Source: an uncultured Sulfolobales archaeon
Lineage (GTDB): Archaea > Thermoproteota > Thermoprotei_A > Sulfolobales > NBVN01
Direction of reading: 5' to 3'
Assembly (NCBI GenBank): GCA_937949785.1
Contig: CALEDH010000008.1
Coordinates: 170,028 to 234,027, forward strand
Length of the DNA stretch: 64,000 nucleotides
The notes beneath the pieces were generated by a model that searched no databases, had not been told where the DNA came from, and worked only from the letters and a program-made list of their open reading frames with translations. The position numbers were made by a program, and so were the translations under genes. Shown piece by piece: positions 20,258 through 29,040 of the stretch. Position 1 is the stretch's first letter. The number at the start of each line of letters is the position of its first letter.

Positions 20258-20848
20258 GTGCTGAGTATTAGAGGTATTAGTAAGAATTTAGTGATTATTA
20301 GCCTGGTACTACTATCATTAACGTTCACACCAATACAGTCTGATCGTTTAAACATGCTTAGAGTGATTAGCATTTTCTTAGGCCTTCTTCTATTTAGTTT
20401 TGGCCTCACTTTAACTGGATGGGTGTTAAGTAATAATATACTTGCGAAGTATTCTAAGGCTTTAGCTTTTTTAACGTTGATGACGGCGTTCTTACTCGTC
20501 TTAACTGCTTTGGGTCTTAGCTCTCACTACCTAATATATTTAAGTCAGGTAGCAATGGCTATCACTCTAACTACCTTCCTACTCCTACATACGTACTCGT
20601 ACTACGTACTTAAGAGGGTATTTAAATCTGCTGGAAGGCTTTCATTTACCATAACTTCCCTAGCGATTACTGGTGCTTTCGTCATCGCTACGTGCTTACT
20701 GCCAATGTTAGCTCTAACATTCATAGGTGGTGTTGAGTTATCCGACTCGTATGACTATTATTTAGGATTTTATTATTTAACTTCATTAATAGCATTCCCA
20801 GCACTACTGGCTCAATCACTGATATTACTAGCATTACCTGACTTCTAG
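20258..20848 (+). CDS. Hypothetical integral membrane protein (~6 TM)
   Basis: The ORF has repeated hydrophobic segments and no recognisable motif. Its 3' end overlaps the convergent epimerase gene by 15 nt. Confidence 0.35.
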   Translation: MLSIRGISKNLVIISLVLLSLTFTPIQSDRLNMLRVISIFLGLLLFSFGLTLTGWVLSNNILAKYSKALAFLTLMTAFLLVLTALGLSSHYLIYLSQVAMAITLTTFLLLHTYSYYVLKRVFKSAGRLSFTITSLAITGAFVIATCLLPMLALTFIGGVELSDSYDYYLGFYYLTSLIAFPALLAQSLILLALPDF

Positions 20849-21757
20849 TAGTTCTTTAATGCCTTCTTCAATAGTTATTGTTGGCTTAAACCCTAGGTAG
20901 GCATTAGCTTTAGACATATCCGCATAGCTATGTATGATATCGCCGGACCTGGGAGGCATGTAAACGGTACCTACCTTACAACCACTAATATTTAGGATTA
21001 AGTTAGCTAACTCATTAATGCTGATCGGCTTACCGCTTCCTACATTATATACCTCATTAACATACGGGCTCATCATCGATAGTTCTACAGCCCTACACAC
21101 ATCTATGACGTGTATGAAGTCTCTAGACTGCTCTCCACTCCCATAGATTGTAAGCGGTAAATTCTCCCTAACACTGCGTATAAATTTAAGAATTACTCCG
21201 GAGTATTGACTTAACTGCTGTCTAGGGCCGTATACGTTGAATAGTCTTAAGGTTATGGAGCTAAGGTCGTAAGCCCTGCAGTATAGCTTAACTACTTCCT
21301 CACCGAATAGCTTACTTAACCCGTACGGTGATTTTGGGCTTGTTGGATGGTTTTCATCGATAGGTAATTTTATTGGGTCGCCGTAAACTGCTGCAGAACT
21401 TACGTATATAAGCCTGGAAATCCTATGCCTAGCTGCAGACCTCACAACATTCAACGTACCTATGACGTTGTTGTTAACGTATTCTTCAGGTCTCTCCATA
21501 GATTCCTCCACACTTATTAGGGCTGCAGCATGTACGATGACGTCGGGACTAGCAGAACTTACCACACTATCTAACTGTTTATAGTTAGTTACGTCGCCGA
21601 CTAATAATTTAATGTTCTCACTACGTAACACTCTTAATGCCTCGTCTGAAGACCTACTTAAATTATCTAAGCATATCACATCATAGCCTAAGCTTTTAAG
21701 GTATATTGCCGTGTGATGTCCTATGAAGCCAGCGCCGCCTGTAATTAATACCTTCAA
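20834..21757 (-). CDS. NAD-dependent nucleotide-sugar epimerase/dehydratase (UDP-glucose 4-epimerase-like)
   Basis: Motifs 'ITGGAGFIGHH' and catalytic 'YGLSK'. It has a 4-nt overlap with the upstream Mrp/NBP35 gene. Confidence 0.85.
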   Translation of the reverse strand: MKVLITGGAGFIGHHTAIYLKSLGYDVICLDNLSRSSDEALRVLRSENIKLLVGDVTNYKQLDSVVSSASPDVIVHAAALISVEESMERPEEYVNNNVIGTLNVVRSAARHRISRLIYVSSAAVYGDPIKLPIDENHPTSPKSPYGLSKLFGEEVVKLYCRAYDLSSITLRLFNVYGPRQQLSQYSGVILKFIRSVRENLPLTIYGSGEQSRDFIHVIDVCRAVELSMMSPYVNEVYNVGSGKPISINELANLILNISGCKVGTVYMPPRSGDIIHSYADMSKANAYLGFKPTITIEEGIKELLEVR

Positions 21758-22584
21758 CCATTACCCTCAATTAACCTCATCATCTCGGAAAACATTGCTT
21801 TAAGAGATTTAGTTACTGGTGTGTCCGGGTATTTGAGGACGTATGGAATTCCACTATCAACGCATTCACTTACACGCGGGTCTAATGGAATCGTACCTAA
21901 GTAATTAATACCTAATTCCCTAGCTATTTCACTACCAGCGTTTCCGGGGAATACCGTGTAGGTTTCATTACATGTAGGGCATATAAGTTCCTTCATATTC
22001 TCGACAATACCTAATATAGGTATTTGCAACTCCATACAAAACCTCACAGCCTTCTTAACGACTAATTTTGAAAGTGATGTAGGTATTGTAACTATTAAGG
22101 CACCTGTTAATTTCTTAATGTACTGAGCAATGCTTAAAGCCTCATCACCTGTTCCAGGAGGTAGGTCTACGAATAGTATGTCGAGAGGTCCCCAATTAAC
22201 ACTTGATAGGAACTCACCTATTAGCCTCCCCTTCAACGGCCCTCTCCAAATCAGGGGTACGTCATCTCCAGGTAAGAAGAACTGAGTCGAGATGACCTTA
22301 ATGTCTAGAGGTCCTACAGCAGGTTCTAAGCCGCCTGCACTAATAGTTAATTGAGGGTTGTTAATGCCCAATGCCTTAGGGATTGAGGGACCGTGGATGT
22401 CTGCGTCAAGTACGCCTACGGTCCTACCTGCGGATGCTGCTAGAACTGCTAGGGAAGTAGTTATGAAGCTCTTACCGACCCCGCCCTTACCGCTTACCAC
22501 AGCAATTTTATGCTTGATTAACCCCATTTTCTCATCAATTAATTTTACGAGCTCCTCATGAGACCTACTATCCTTCGATGTCAA
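21754..22584 (-). CDS. Mrp/NBP35/ApbC-family Fe-S cluster carrier ATPase
   Basis: Deviant Walker A 'SGKGGVGKS', 'DLPPGTGD', and a CxxC pair 'CPTCNETY'. Confidence 0.85.
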   Translation of the reverse strand: MTSKDSRSHEELVKLIDEKMGLIKHKIAVVSGKGGVGKSFITTSLAVLAASAGRTVGVLDADIHGPSIPKALGINNPQLTISAGGLEPAVGPLDIKVISTQFFLPGDDVPLIWRGPLKGRLIGEFLSSVNWGPLDILFVDLPPGTGDEALSIAQYIKKLTGALIVTIPTSLSKLVVKKAVRFCMELQIPILGIVENMKELICPTCNETYTVFPGNAGSEIARELGINYLGTIPLDPRVSECVDSGIPYVLKYPDTPVTKSLKAMFSEMMRLIEGNG

Positions 22585-22669
22585 TACCTCTCACCAACTA
22601 GATAGGTTAGACGGTAGTTAAAAAATAATAAATAAAAAGTATTTAACGTTTAAATCGGCTATTGCTAAG

Positions 22670-23983
22670 CTACTCTATCAGGAGGTTTTCCATGGCTGTT
22701 TTAAGGTATTTCTTAGGCCTAAGCACTGATTCCCTTACCTCCTCCTCTAATCCAGCTCTGCTAATTAACCTCCTAGCAATTCCTTCCTCCACAGCCTTCT
22801 CAGCAACTTTAACAGCTTCATACACGTATAATTCTACCTCATCCATCGTCGGTAATATCCTATCTTCTGAAAGGCCTTCTCTCTCAGCGAATTCTGCTAT
22901 TGCGTACGCAGCTGCTAAGCACATACCATCGCTTACCTTCCTAGCCCTAACTGTTAAAGCACCCCTAAAAACTGCTGGGAAGGCTAAGCTATTATTTACT
23001 TGGTTAGGGAAGTCAGACCTAGCAGTCCCAACAATTCTAGCACCTGCTTCCTTAGCCTCCCACGGCCATATCTCAGGGACAGGGTTTGCCTCAGCAAATA
23101 CTATAGGGTTATCGTTCATCGTCTTAATCCACTCAGGCTTAATGACTCCAGGGCCCTGCGTGGATAGTCCTATGATTACGTCTGTTCCCTTAATGGCCTC
23201 AGCCATCCCACCAGTCCTACCCTCAGCATTAGTTATTTCAGCCATTTCCTTCTTCCACCTAACTGTGAAATCACCTGTCTTAATGTCAGGCCTATCCCTA
23301 TGTAGTATGCCCTTAGTATCCACCATATAGACGTTCCCACCCTTAACGCCAGCAGCTATTAAGTACTTAGCAGTTGCTATGCCAGCAGCCCCTGCACCGA
23401 TCACAGCTACCCTCACATCACTTAACTTCTTACCAACGACTTTCAACGCATTTACCACTGCAGCTACGTTCACCACCGCAGTCCCTTGCTGGTCGTCATG
23501 CCATACCGGTATCTCCAATAACTCCCTTAGCCTCTCTAAGATGTAGAAACATTTAGGCTGCTCAATATCCTCTAAGTTAATACCGCCGAAACTCGGCTCT
23601 AACAGCTTAACAACCTCAATGAATTTATCGGCATCGGTTGTTGCTAGGGCTAGCGGCACAGCATCAACACCTCCTAAATACTTAAACAGCAGTGACTTAC
23701 CCTCCATGACCGGCAGTCCTGCCTCAGGACCTATCCTACCTAAACCTAAAACCCTAGTTCCATCAGTAACTACAGCAACTAAATTCCACCTAAAAGTATA
23801 CTCTAATGATAGGTCCTTACCTCCTGCCTTAATCCTCCTACACGGCTCAGCAACACCTGGTGTATACCATATCGAGAAGTCCTCGAAACTCTTAATAGGT
23901 ACTTTAGGGACTACCTCTAACTTACCTTTATACTTACGGTGAAGCTCTTCAGAAATGGAGTACCAGTCCTTTCTCTCACTCAT
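22670..23983 (-). CDS. NAD(P)-dependent malic enzyme (oxaloacetate-decarboxylating malate dehydrogenase)
   Basis: Motifs 'VVTDGTRVLGLGRIGP', 'HDDQQGTA', 'IGAGAAGIA' and 'FAEANPVPEI' are typical of short prokaryotic malic enzymes. Confidence 0.9.
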   Translation of the reverse strand: MSERKDWYSISEELHRKYKGKLEVVPKVPIKSFEDFSIWYTPGVAEPCRRIKAGGKDLSLEYTFRWNLVAVVTDGTRVLGLGRIGPEAGLPVMEGKSLLFKYLGGVDAVPLALATTDADKFIEVVKLLEPSFGGINLEDIEQPKCFYILERLRELLEIPVWHDDQQGTAVVNVAAVVNALKVVGKKLSDVRVAVIGAGAAGIATAKYLIAAGVKGGNVYMVDTKGILHRDRPDIKTGDFTVRWKKEMAEITNAEGRTGGMAEAIKGTDVIIGLSTQGPGVIKPEWIKTMNDNPIVFAEANPVPEIWPWEAKEAGARIVGTARSDFPNQVNNSLAFPAVFRGALTVRARKVSDGMCLAAAYAIAEFAEREGLSEDRILPTMDEVELYVYEAVKVAEKAVEEGIARRLISRAGLEEEVRESVLRPKKYLKTAMENLLIE

Positions 23984-24072
23984 AAATTATGACCTCCTCC
24001 CTGGTCTTAACTTCAAAGTTAAAAAACATTTATTTATGATCATTACTATCTATACGTGGAGGTTTTAAATGT

Positions 24073-24858
24073 ATGCCTCTATCAGATGGGTTAATTAAGG
24101 AGATCGTAGGTAAGTTATTAACTGCTGAGGCTGAGGCAAAGCCTATTGAGTCGTTAACAACTGCATACCCAGAGATAACTTACTTAGATGCCCGTAAGAT
24201 AAATCAAGCTATAGTTAATGAGAGGGTTAGGAGGGGGGAGAGGGTAGTAGGATTTAAGATAGCGTTTACGTCGAAAGCTATGATGCAGTCATGGGGTGTT
24301 GATAGACCTGAGTGGGGGTACTTAACTAGCGGTATGTTAGTCCAAGACGGTGGTGAGGTAGTTACTAAGGAGTTAATTCAGCCTAGGGTCGAGCCTGAGA
24401 TAGCCTTCCTCCTTAAGGAGGATGTTAAAGGTCCTGGAGTATCAGTAGCTGATATCCTTAGAGCTACTGAGGGTGTGTTACCAGCAATTGAGATAATTGA
24501 TAGTAGGATTACAGGTAAGCGTAGGGTTGAGGACTTCGTAGCTGATAGTTCTGGGGCTAAGAAAGTGGTATTTGGAGGCACTATAAAGAGTGTTGAAGGA
24601 CTTGACCTAAGATTGATTGGATGTGTTGTTGAGATAAACGGTGATGTAGTAGCTACTTCAGCAGGTGCGGCGTCATTAGGTAATCCATTAAATTCTATGG
24701 TATTCCTAGCTAACTCATTAGCTGAGGTAGGTGAGTGTTTGAGGAGGGGGCAAGTAGTTATAAGTGGTTCGTTAGTTGCTGCAATACCTGTTAAGGCAGG
24801 GGACTTCGTTAAAGTCAGTTTTGATAGGTTAGGCTCAGTATCTGTTAGGTTTACATAG
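24073..24858 (+). CDS. 2-keto-4-pentenoate hydratase / 2-oxohepta-3-ene-1,7-dioate hydratase family (FAH fold, MhpD/HpcG-like)
   Basis: 'VGFKIAFTSKAMMQSWGVDRPEWGYL' matches the family N-terminal signature, and the ~260 aa length fits. Confidence 0.75.
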   Translation: MPLSDGLIKEIVGKLLTAEAEAKPIESLTTAYPEITYLDARKINQAIVNERVRRGERVVGFKIAFTSKAMMQSWGVDRPEWGYLTSGMLVQDGGEVVTKELIQPRVEPEIAFLLKEDVKGPGVSVADILRATEGVLPAIEIIDSRITGKRRVEDFVADSSGAKKVVFGGTIKSVEGLDLRLIGCVVEINGDVVATSAGAASLGNPLNSMVFLANSLAEVGECLRRGQVVISGSLVAAIPVKAGDFVKVSFDRLGSVSVRFT

Positions 24859-24881
24859 GTAAGGGCTGTCTCCTCTCATAC

Positions 24882-25742
24882 TTAATAATAATATTTTTTA
24901 TCTGTAGATGCTGTGAACATAGCTATTAAGATAAGTAGGGCGCCGAATAGTTGGTACGTAGCCATAACCTCGTTGAGTAATAGGTATGATAGGGTAGAAG
25001 CTACTACTGGTTCTAATAGGAAGAGCACAGCAGCTACAGCTGGGACTACGTGCCTCTGCCCGAAGACCTGTAGGGCGAAAGCCATATCACCGCATACCAA
25101 CGCTAAGTAAGCCATTACAATCAATACTTCAATGTTAGGTAGTTCTAAGCTATGTAGGGCTATATCCGGGATTACGAACGTTAAGGCAGGCACCATCTCA
25201 AATAAGGTGAATATTAGTGGGTCCCCACCACAATACCTACTAACCAGGATTATCTGAGCAGCCCACATAAAAGAACCTAGGAGGACTAGGAAATCACCTA
25301 AGTTAATACCTGAGGTAGGTGTGGTAAGCATGTAGAGACCTAGAACGGATAGAAGTAATGTAAGGCCTAATTTAAAACTATAACTACCTTTAACAAAAGC
25401 TACGTATATATGGACGAAAACGACGTTTAACCCAGTAATGAACGCAGAGTTAGACGCTGTAGTATACTTAGTTCCCCATCCCTGAAGCCAGAGACCTAAC
25501 GCATATGCAATACCGGCAAGTAAGCCGCCCTTAACTGAGGTAGTCGGGAAACCACCTCTACGTAAGACGTATATGAGGTAAGGTATTAAGCCGGCAATAG
25601 CTATTAAACTCCTCATCCACGTATACGTGTACTCATCAACTAACCCAACTACAAACTTAATAGCTGGGAATGAAGTCCCCCATAAGGTAGAGGTGAGTAG
25701 TAAGGCCGTTAAACCCCTAACACCACGACCCATAGATAACAT
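24882..25742 (-). CDS. EamA/DMT-family transporter
   Basis: A 10-TM protein with 'LLTSTLWGTSFPAIKFV', typical of EamA repeats. Confidence 0.7.
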   Translation of the reverse strand: MLSMGRGVRGLTALLLTSTLWGTSFPAIKFVVGLVDEYTYTWMRSLIAIAGLIPYLIYVLRRGGFPTTSVKGGLLAGIAYALGLWLQGWGTKYTTASNSAFITGLNVVFVHIYVAFVKGSYSFKLGLTLLLSVLGLYMLTTPTSGINLGDFLVLLGSFMWAAQIILVSRYCGGDPLIFTLFEMVPALTFVIPDIALHSLELPNIEVLIVMAYLALVCGDMAFALQVFGQRHVVPAVAAVLFLLEPVVASTLSYLLLNEVMATYQLFGALLILIAMFTASTDKKYYY

Positions 25743-26078
25743 ACCAACACATCACTAAAACGGATATGACGTTAAATTATTAAACGTTTAGCATAGCTAA
25801 CTACTATAAGACTCGGTAGGGGACGGTCACTTAATCCTAACGTCTTAAACATTTCAGATGGTTGGATAGGGCCCTCAAAACCTGCTTAGAAGTTACGGCA
25901 CTGCTGAGATATCTTGTAGGCATCGTAGCGAAGCACTACGTAGACCATACCTCGATGACGGCGTAGTTATCGAGGTAGAGTATCATCAATCATCGACATT
26001 ACCCAGCTTACAGTATTGGTTATGAGGTGAGTTACCAGTAAGTAGTTATTTAGGGGTACTTATCTTAGGTTTTCAGTC

Positions 26079-26927
26079 CTAATACGTCATTTCAATTATT
26101 AGTGCTAGGAAGCTGATCATCAATACCCATGTAAGTGTGATGATTAGTGAGAGGCTTACTGGTAGGAAGGTGGTTGTAATTGCTATAACTGCTGAGCCTA
26201 GGGAAAACATCAATGATAACCTCTTCAGCACTATTCTTGGGTGACCGCTAAGCGTTATTGTTCTAAGTATTGATGCTTTAAGGTCATTCTTATATTTAAC
26301 GTAGTCAGGCAGTCTGTGGTATATCTTAACCCCCTCATCATCTAACCTATATGTGATCCCCTTAGCACGGGTTAAGAACCCCCTACTAGGTGTAAGCCTC
26401 TTAAATACTCTTGAACGATTCTCTGCGTAGGGCTTTAAATAGTCGTCTAGTACTTCAGGGCTTAACTTAACTATGGATGCTAGGGTATTTATAGGTAGTT
26501 CGTATTTTCTTGAAGTACCTAAGGCAATTATAGCTTCGTATAGGTAGAACGACCTAGTTAGATATCTGTGGAGGTCTTCAGCAATGCTTAGAGTGCTTAC
26601 ATTCTCACTACTAGTTACAGGTGTGCCTACGATAATGCTTAATATACTGCTATATAGGTTCCTACCCTCATCACTTAAAGCTAAGTACATACCTTCATCA
26701 ACCTCAGTTATTAATGCCTTCAACCTCAACTTACGTAACGCATCTAACACAGCCTTCTTCCTCTCACCTAACAGCTTAGCTAAACCATCTACATCTAACT
26801 TCTTAAGATATCCTAAAACGACCACTATTCTAAGCTGAAGCCACCCACGGCTTAAGTCTATGACTGAGTCAACCTCACGTAAGGTGTTAAGCCTCTGAAG
26901 AGCTTCATTAATGCTCTCTAAACCCAA
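26079..26927 (-). CDS. Membrane-tethered winged-helix regulator, ArnR-like (putative archaellum regulator)
   Basis: It has an N-terminal wHTH-like region ('LVVLGYLKKLDVDGLAKLLGERKKAVLDALRKLRLKALI'), a helical linker and two C-terminal TM helices. It is divergent from arlB, and has the same size, topology and position as Sulfolobus ArnR. Confidence 0.45.
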   Translation of the reverse strand: MGLESINEALQRLNTLREVDSVIDLSRGWLQLRIVVVLGYLKKLDVDGLAKLLGERKKAVLDALRKLRLKALITEVDEGMYLALSDEGRNLYSSILSIIVGTPVTSSENVSTLSIAEDLHRYLTRSFYLYEAIIALGTSRKYELPINTLASIVKLSPEVLDDYLKPYAENRSRVFKRLTPSRGFLTRAKGITYRLDDEGVKIYHRLPDYVKYKNDLKASILRTITLSGHPRIVLKRLSLMFSLGSAVIAITTTFLPVSLSLIITLTWVLMISFLALIIEMTY

Positions 26928-27045
26928 CTACTCCAACCAGAAGTAAAGTAGGTAATAGAGATAATAAGAGTGACTGACAGTAGATATGAAGACCTAGACC
27001 GCGGTGAGTTACCATTTCGACCAGCAGTCGTAAAGTAAGTTAAGC

Positions 27046-27055
27046 ATTATAAAAA
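27046..27055 (+). promoter_or_regulatory. TATA box of the arlB promoter
   Basis: 'attataaaaa' is centred ~38 nt upstream of the GTG start at 27089. A Shine-Dalgarno-like 'gaggtga' lies between them. Confidence 0.5.
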
Positions 27056-27088
27056 CACTAACAACCCTCATCATGAGGTGAAGACCAG

Positions 27089-27763
27089 GTGTTAGGAAAA
27101 ACCCTCCTCAAGAAGAAGACTAGGAAAGGTATTGTAGGTATAGAAGCAGCTATAGTGCTAATAGCTTTCGTACTAGTAGCTAGTGCGTTAGCATTCGTAA
27201 CACTGAATATGGGTATGTTCGCGACTCAGAAAACTAAAGAGATAATTGCAAGAGCTTATGAGGAAAGCACCAGAGCTATAGACATAGCTGGTAACGTAAT
27301 AGCTAAGGTAGACATTAGTAGTAGGGTAGTTGATTTAGTAGCAATACCGATTAAACTGACATCAGGCTCCAGAGCCATAGACCTAAATAAGACAGCTGTA
27401 GCTATAACAATAATCAACTCATCTGGAAATGCTATCCACACAGATAACGGATACAACTACATTGATGAAACATTTAATGTAACTAAAGATTTCAACGATA
27501 CACTATCAGGTAAGCTTGACATACTTAATGCTACTTGGCTTTACGCAAGGACTGATGAAGACGCTGGGAAGGGTGATGAGCTATTAGAACCTGGTGAGAT
27601 AGTATTACTGGTATTCAACGCCACTGAATCAGGTAAGTTTAACACGACTCCCTATAGTAGGATAATAGTTGAGATTAAACCGCCTCAGGGAGCTTCAGTA
27701 ACTATTGAGAGGATTGTCCCAGCTAAGTTAGATAGTGAGTACGTTGACCTCGATATAGGGTAG
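27089..27763 (+). CDS. arlB: Archaellin (archaeal flagellin)
   Basis: Class III signal peptide 'KKKTRKG|IVGIEAAIVLIAFVLVASALAF', followed by a beta-rich domain with N-x-S/T sequons. It is the first gene of the arl operon. Confidence 0.85.
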   Translation: MLGKTLLKKKTRKGIVGIEAAIVLIAFVLVASALAFVTLNMGMFATQKTKEIIARAYEESTRAIDIAGNVIAKVDISSRVVDLVAIPIKLTSGSRAIDLNKTAVAITIINSSGNAIHTDNGYNYIDETFNVTKDFNDTLSGKLDILNATWLYARTDEDAGKGDELLEPGEIVLLVFNATESGKFNTTPYSRIIVEIKPPQGASVTIERIVPAKLDSEYVDLDIG

Positions 27764-27816
27764 TGAAGTAGGTAATACTTAAATAAATGTAAGGCAATAT
27801 ATGTAGGGGTGGTTAA

Positions 27817-28746
27817 ATGAAATTTCTTTTTTATCTTAAAATTATTAGACGTGGTTTAATTAGTAAGGAGTCAGCTGTTGTACTTCTCGCATTTACGTTA
27901 ACTACTTGTGCTTACGGCTTCATAATACTTTCTTATATCCCATCTATCACCCCACGTACTCAAACAGCTCCGTACGTTGTTGAGTCTGTCTTTCTTAACT
28001 ATCAGGACGGCTTTATTTGGAGGGTTGTAGTTCAGTTAAGTAGTAGGAGTAGTGTAAGTCTTAACCTATCTAGCATTAGTGTTAGGTTGGTGTCTGGAGG
28101 TGAGTTGATCCCAATTTTTAGCAGTGGTTTTACTCAGGTTGTAGATGGTAGGTTTGTGTTGGGGAGTTTAGTCTACTCACTGACTTCTGGGAGGGTATTG
28201 ATTAGTGAGATGGTTGGCGGCTCAGTTAATTTAAGGTACGTTGATTTATTCGCATATCTAGACCAGTTAGGTAGGTTAAATGTGGTGATCGATGATGACC
28301 AAGATAACTTCCTAGACAGTACTTACTTAATTAGGTTTACATCTGATACACCATCAACTTATGGGTTAGACATATATGGTGAGGTTGTCTTAGAGGTCGG
28401 TAAGGGTTCATCACTACCGATTAAGTATTTAGACCTAATAGCACTGCTTTCGGTAAGGCCTAACGTAAACATTAAGGTAGTTGATAGTGTTACTAATTAC
28501 TTAATAAGCCTTCCTGAAATTCTAGCTAACTTAAGGGGTGGTGTCATCATGGCTTGGTTGTCAGGTAATGATATTAACTTAGATGTTAACGAACGTGCCT
28601 ACATAACGATCTTAATTCCTCCGAGGAAGGTCGTGGAGGGTAGTAGGTTATGTGTTGATTTAGTAGTCGAAGGTAAGGTCTTATTAAGTAAGGAATACGA
28701 CGTACCTAAAGGCCTTACAGGTTCAGGTACCCTAGTAATGCCTTAG
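27817..28746 (+). CDS. Divergent archaellin-like / type IV pilin-like protein (309 aa)
   Basis: The N-terminus 'KIIRRG|LISKESAVVLLAFTLTT' aligns position by position with the arlB signal/hydrophobic core 'TRKG|IVGIEAAIVLIAFVLVA'. The rest has no recognisable similarity. Confidence 0.5.
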   Translation: MKFLFYLKIIRRGLISKESAVVLLAFTLTTCAYGFIILSYIPSITPRTQTAPYVVESVFLNYQDGFIWRVVVQLSSRSSVSLNLSSISVRLVSGGELIPIFSSGFTQVVDGRFVLGSLVYSLTSGRVLISEMVGGSVNLRYVDLFAYLDQLGRLNVVIDDDQDNFLDSTYLIRFTSDTPSTYGLDIYGEVVLEVGKGSSLPIKYLDLIALLSVRPNVNIKVVDSVTNYLISLPEILANLRGGVIMAWLSGNDINLDVNERAYITILIPPRKVVEGSRLCVDLVVEGKVLLSKEYDVPKGLTGSGTLVMP

Positions 28747-28754
28747 GTGGTTAG

Positions 28755-28976
28755 ATGGTTAGTAGGGTTAGGTTAGTGATCATCCTCTACATATTATCAG
28801 GTATTCTAACCGTCCTGATAGGCTTCCTAGTAATATTACTAGTTAATACAGGGGTTTTACTTCAGGATACGTTAATAAGGTATGTAGTGATCGCGTTAGC
28901 GTTGATATCTATGCTTATCGGAACGCATTTAGCCGTAGCAGGAGTAGCTAGCTTAAGAAATACTCAACATTTTTAA
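28755..28976 (+). CDS. Small 2-TM membrane protein
   Basis: A 73-aa ORF with two clear hydrophobic helices, 8 nt after the archaellin-like gene. Confidence 0.3.
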   Translation: MVSRVRLVIILYILSGILTVLIGFLVILLVNTGVLLQDTLIRYVVIALALISMLIGTHLAVAGVASLRNTQHF

Positions 28977-29009
28977 TATTAGCTTAATGTTAAATTCTAT
29001 AGAGGGAAA

Positions 29010-29018
29010 TTTTATAAA
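29010..29018 (+). promoter_or_regulatory. Internal TATA box upstream of the arlX-like gene (secondary promoter of arlX-G-F-H-I-J)
   Basis: 'ttttataaa' ends ~23 nt upstream of the GTG at 29041, in the 64-nt gap after the small membrane ORF. Confidence 0.4.
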
Positions 29019-29040
29019 CTAGGAATTAGAACGTAATGAT

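Noticed and set aside
22662-23330. A 222-aa ORF on the + strand, fully antisense to the malic enzyme gene. Similar long antisense ORFs occur at 17602-18318 (238 aa), 35933-36598 (221 aa), 37316-37702, 41.9-43.6 kb and other places.
   Set aside because: Each lies entirely inside a gene with strong family motifs on the opposite strand. Their translations are low-complexity (S/L/T/P/A-rich) with no motifs and no upstream promoter-like elements. These are typical shadow ORFs.
25743-26078. An unusually long (336 bp) non-coding gap between the EamA transporter gene and the ArnR-like gene. It contains short hairpins, for example 'cctcgat-gacggcgtagtt-atcgagg' at ~25950-25976 and 'cgtag-cgaagca-ctacg' at ~25924-25940. 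I examined it for a C/D-box sRNA, a tRNA fragment, or SRP/RNase P-like RNA.
   Set aside because: I found no proper C (RUGAUGA) plus D (CUGA) box pair with correct spacing on either strand. There is no tRNA-like T-arm. GC content is no higher than the surroundings, whereas the structured tRNA in this window is clearly GC-rich. It most likely holds the terminator and promoter sequences of the two flanking genes.
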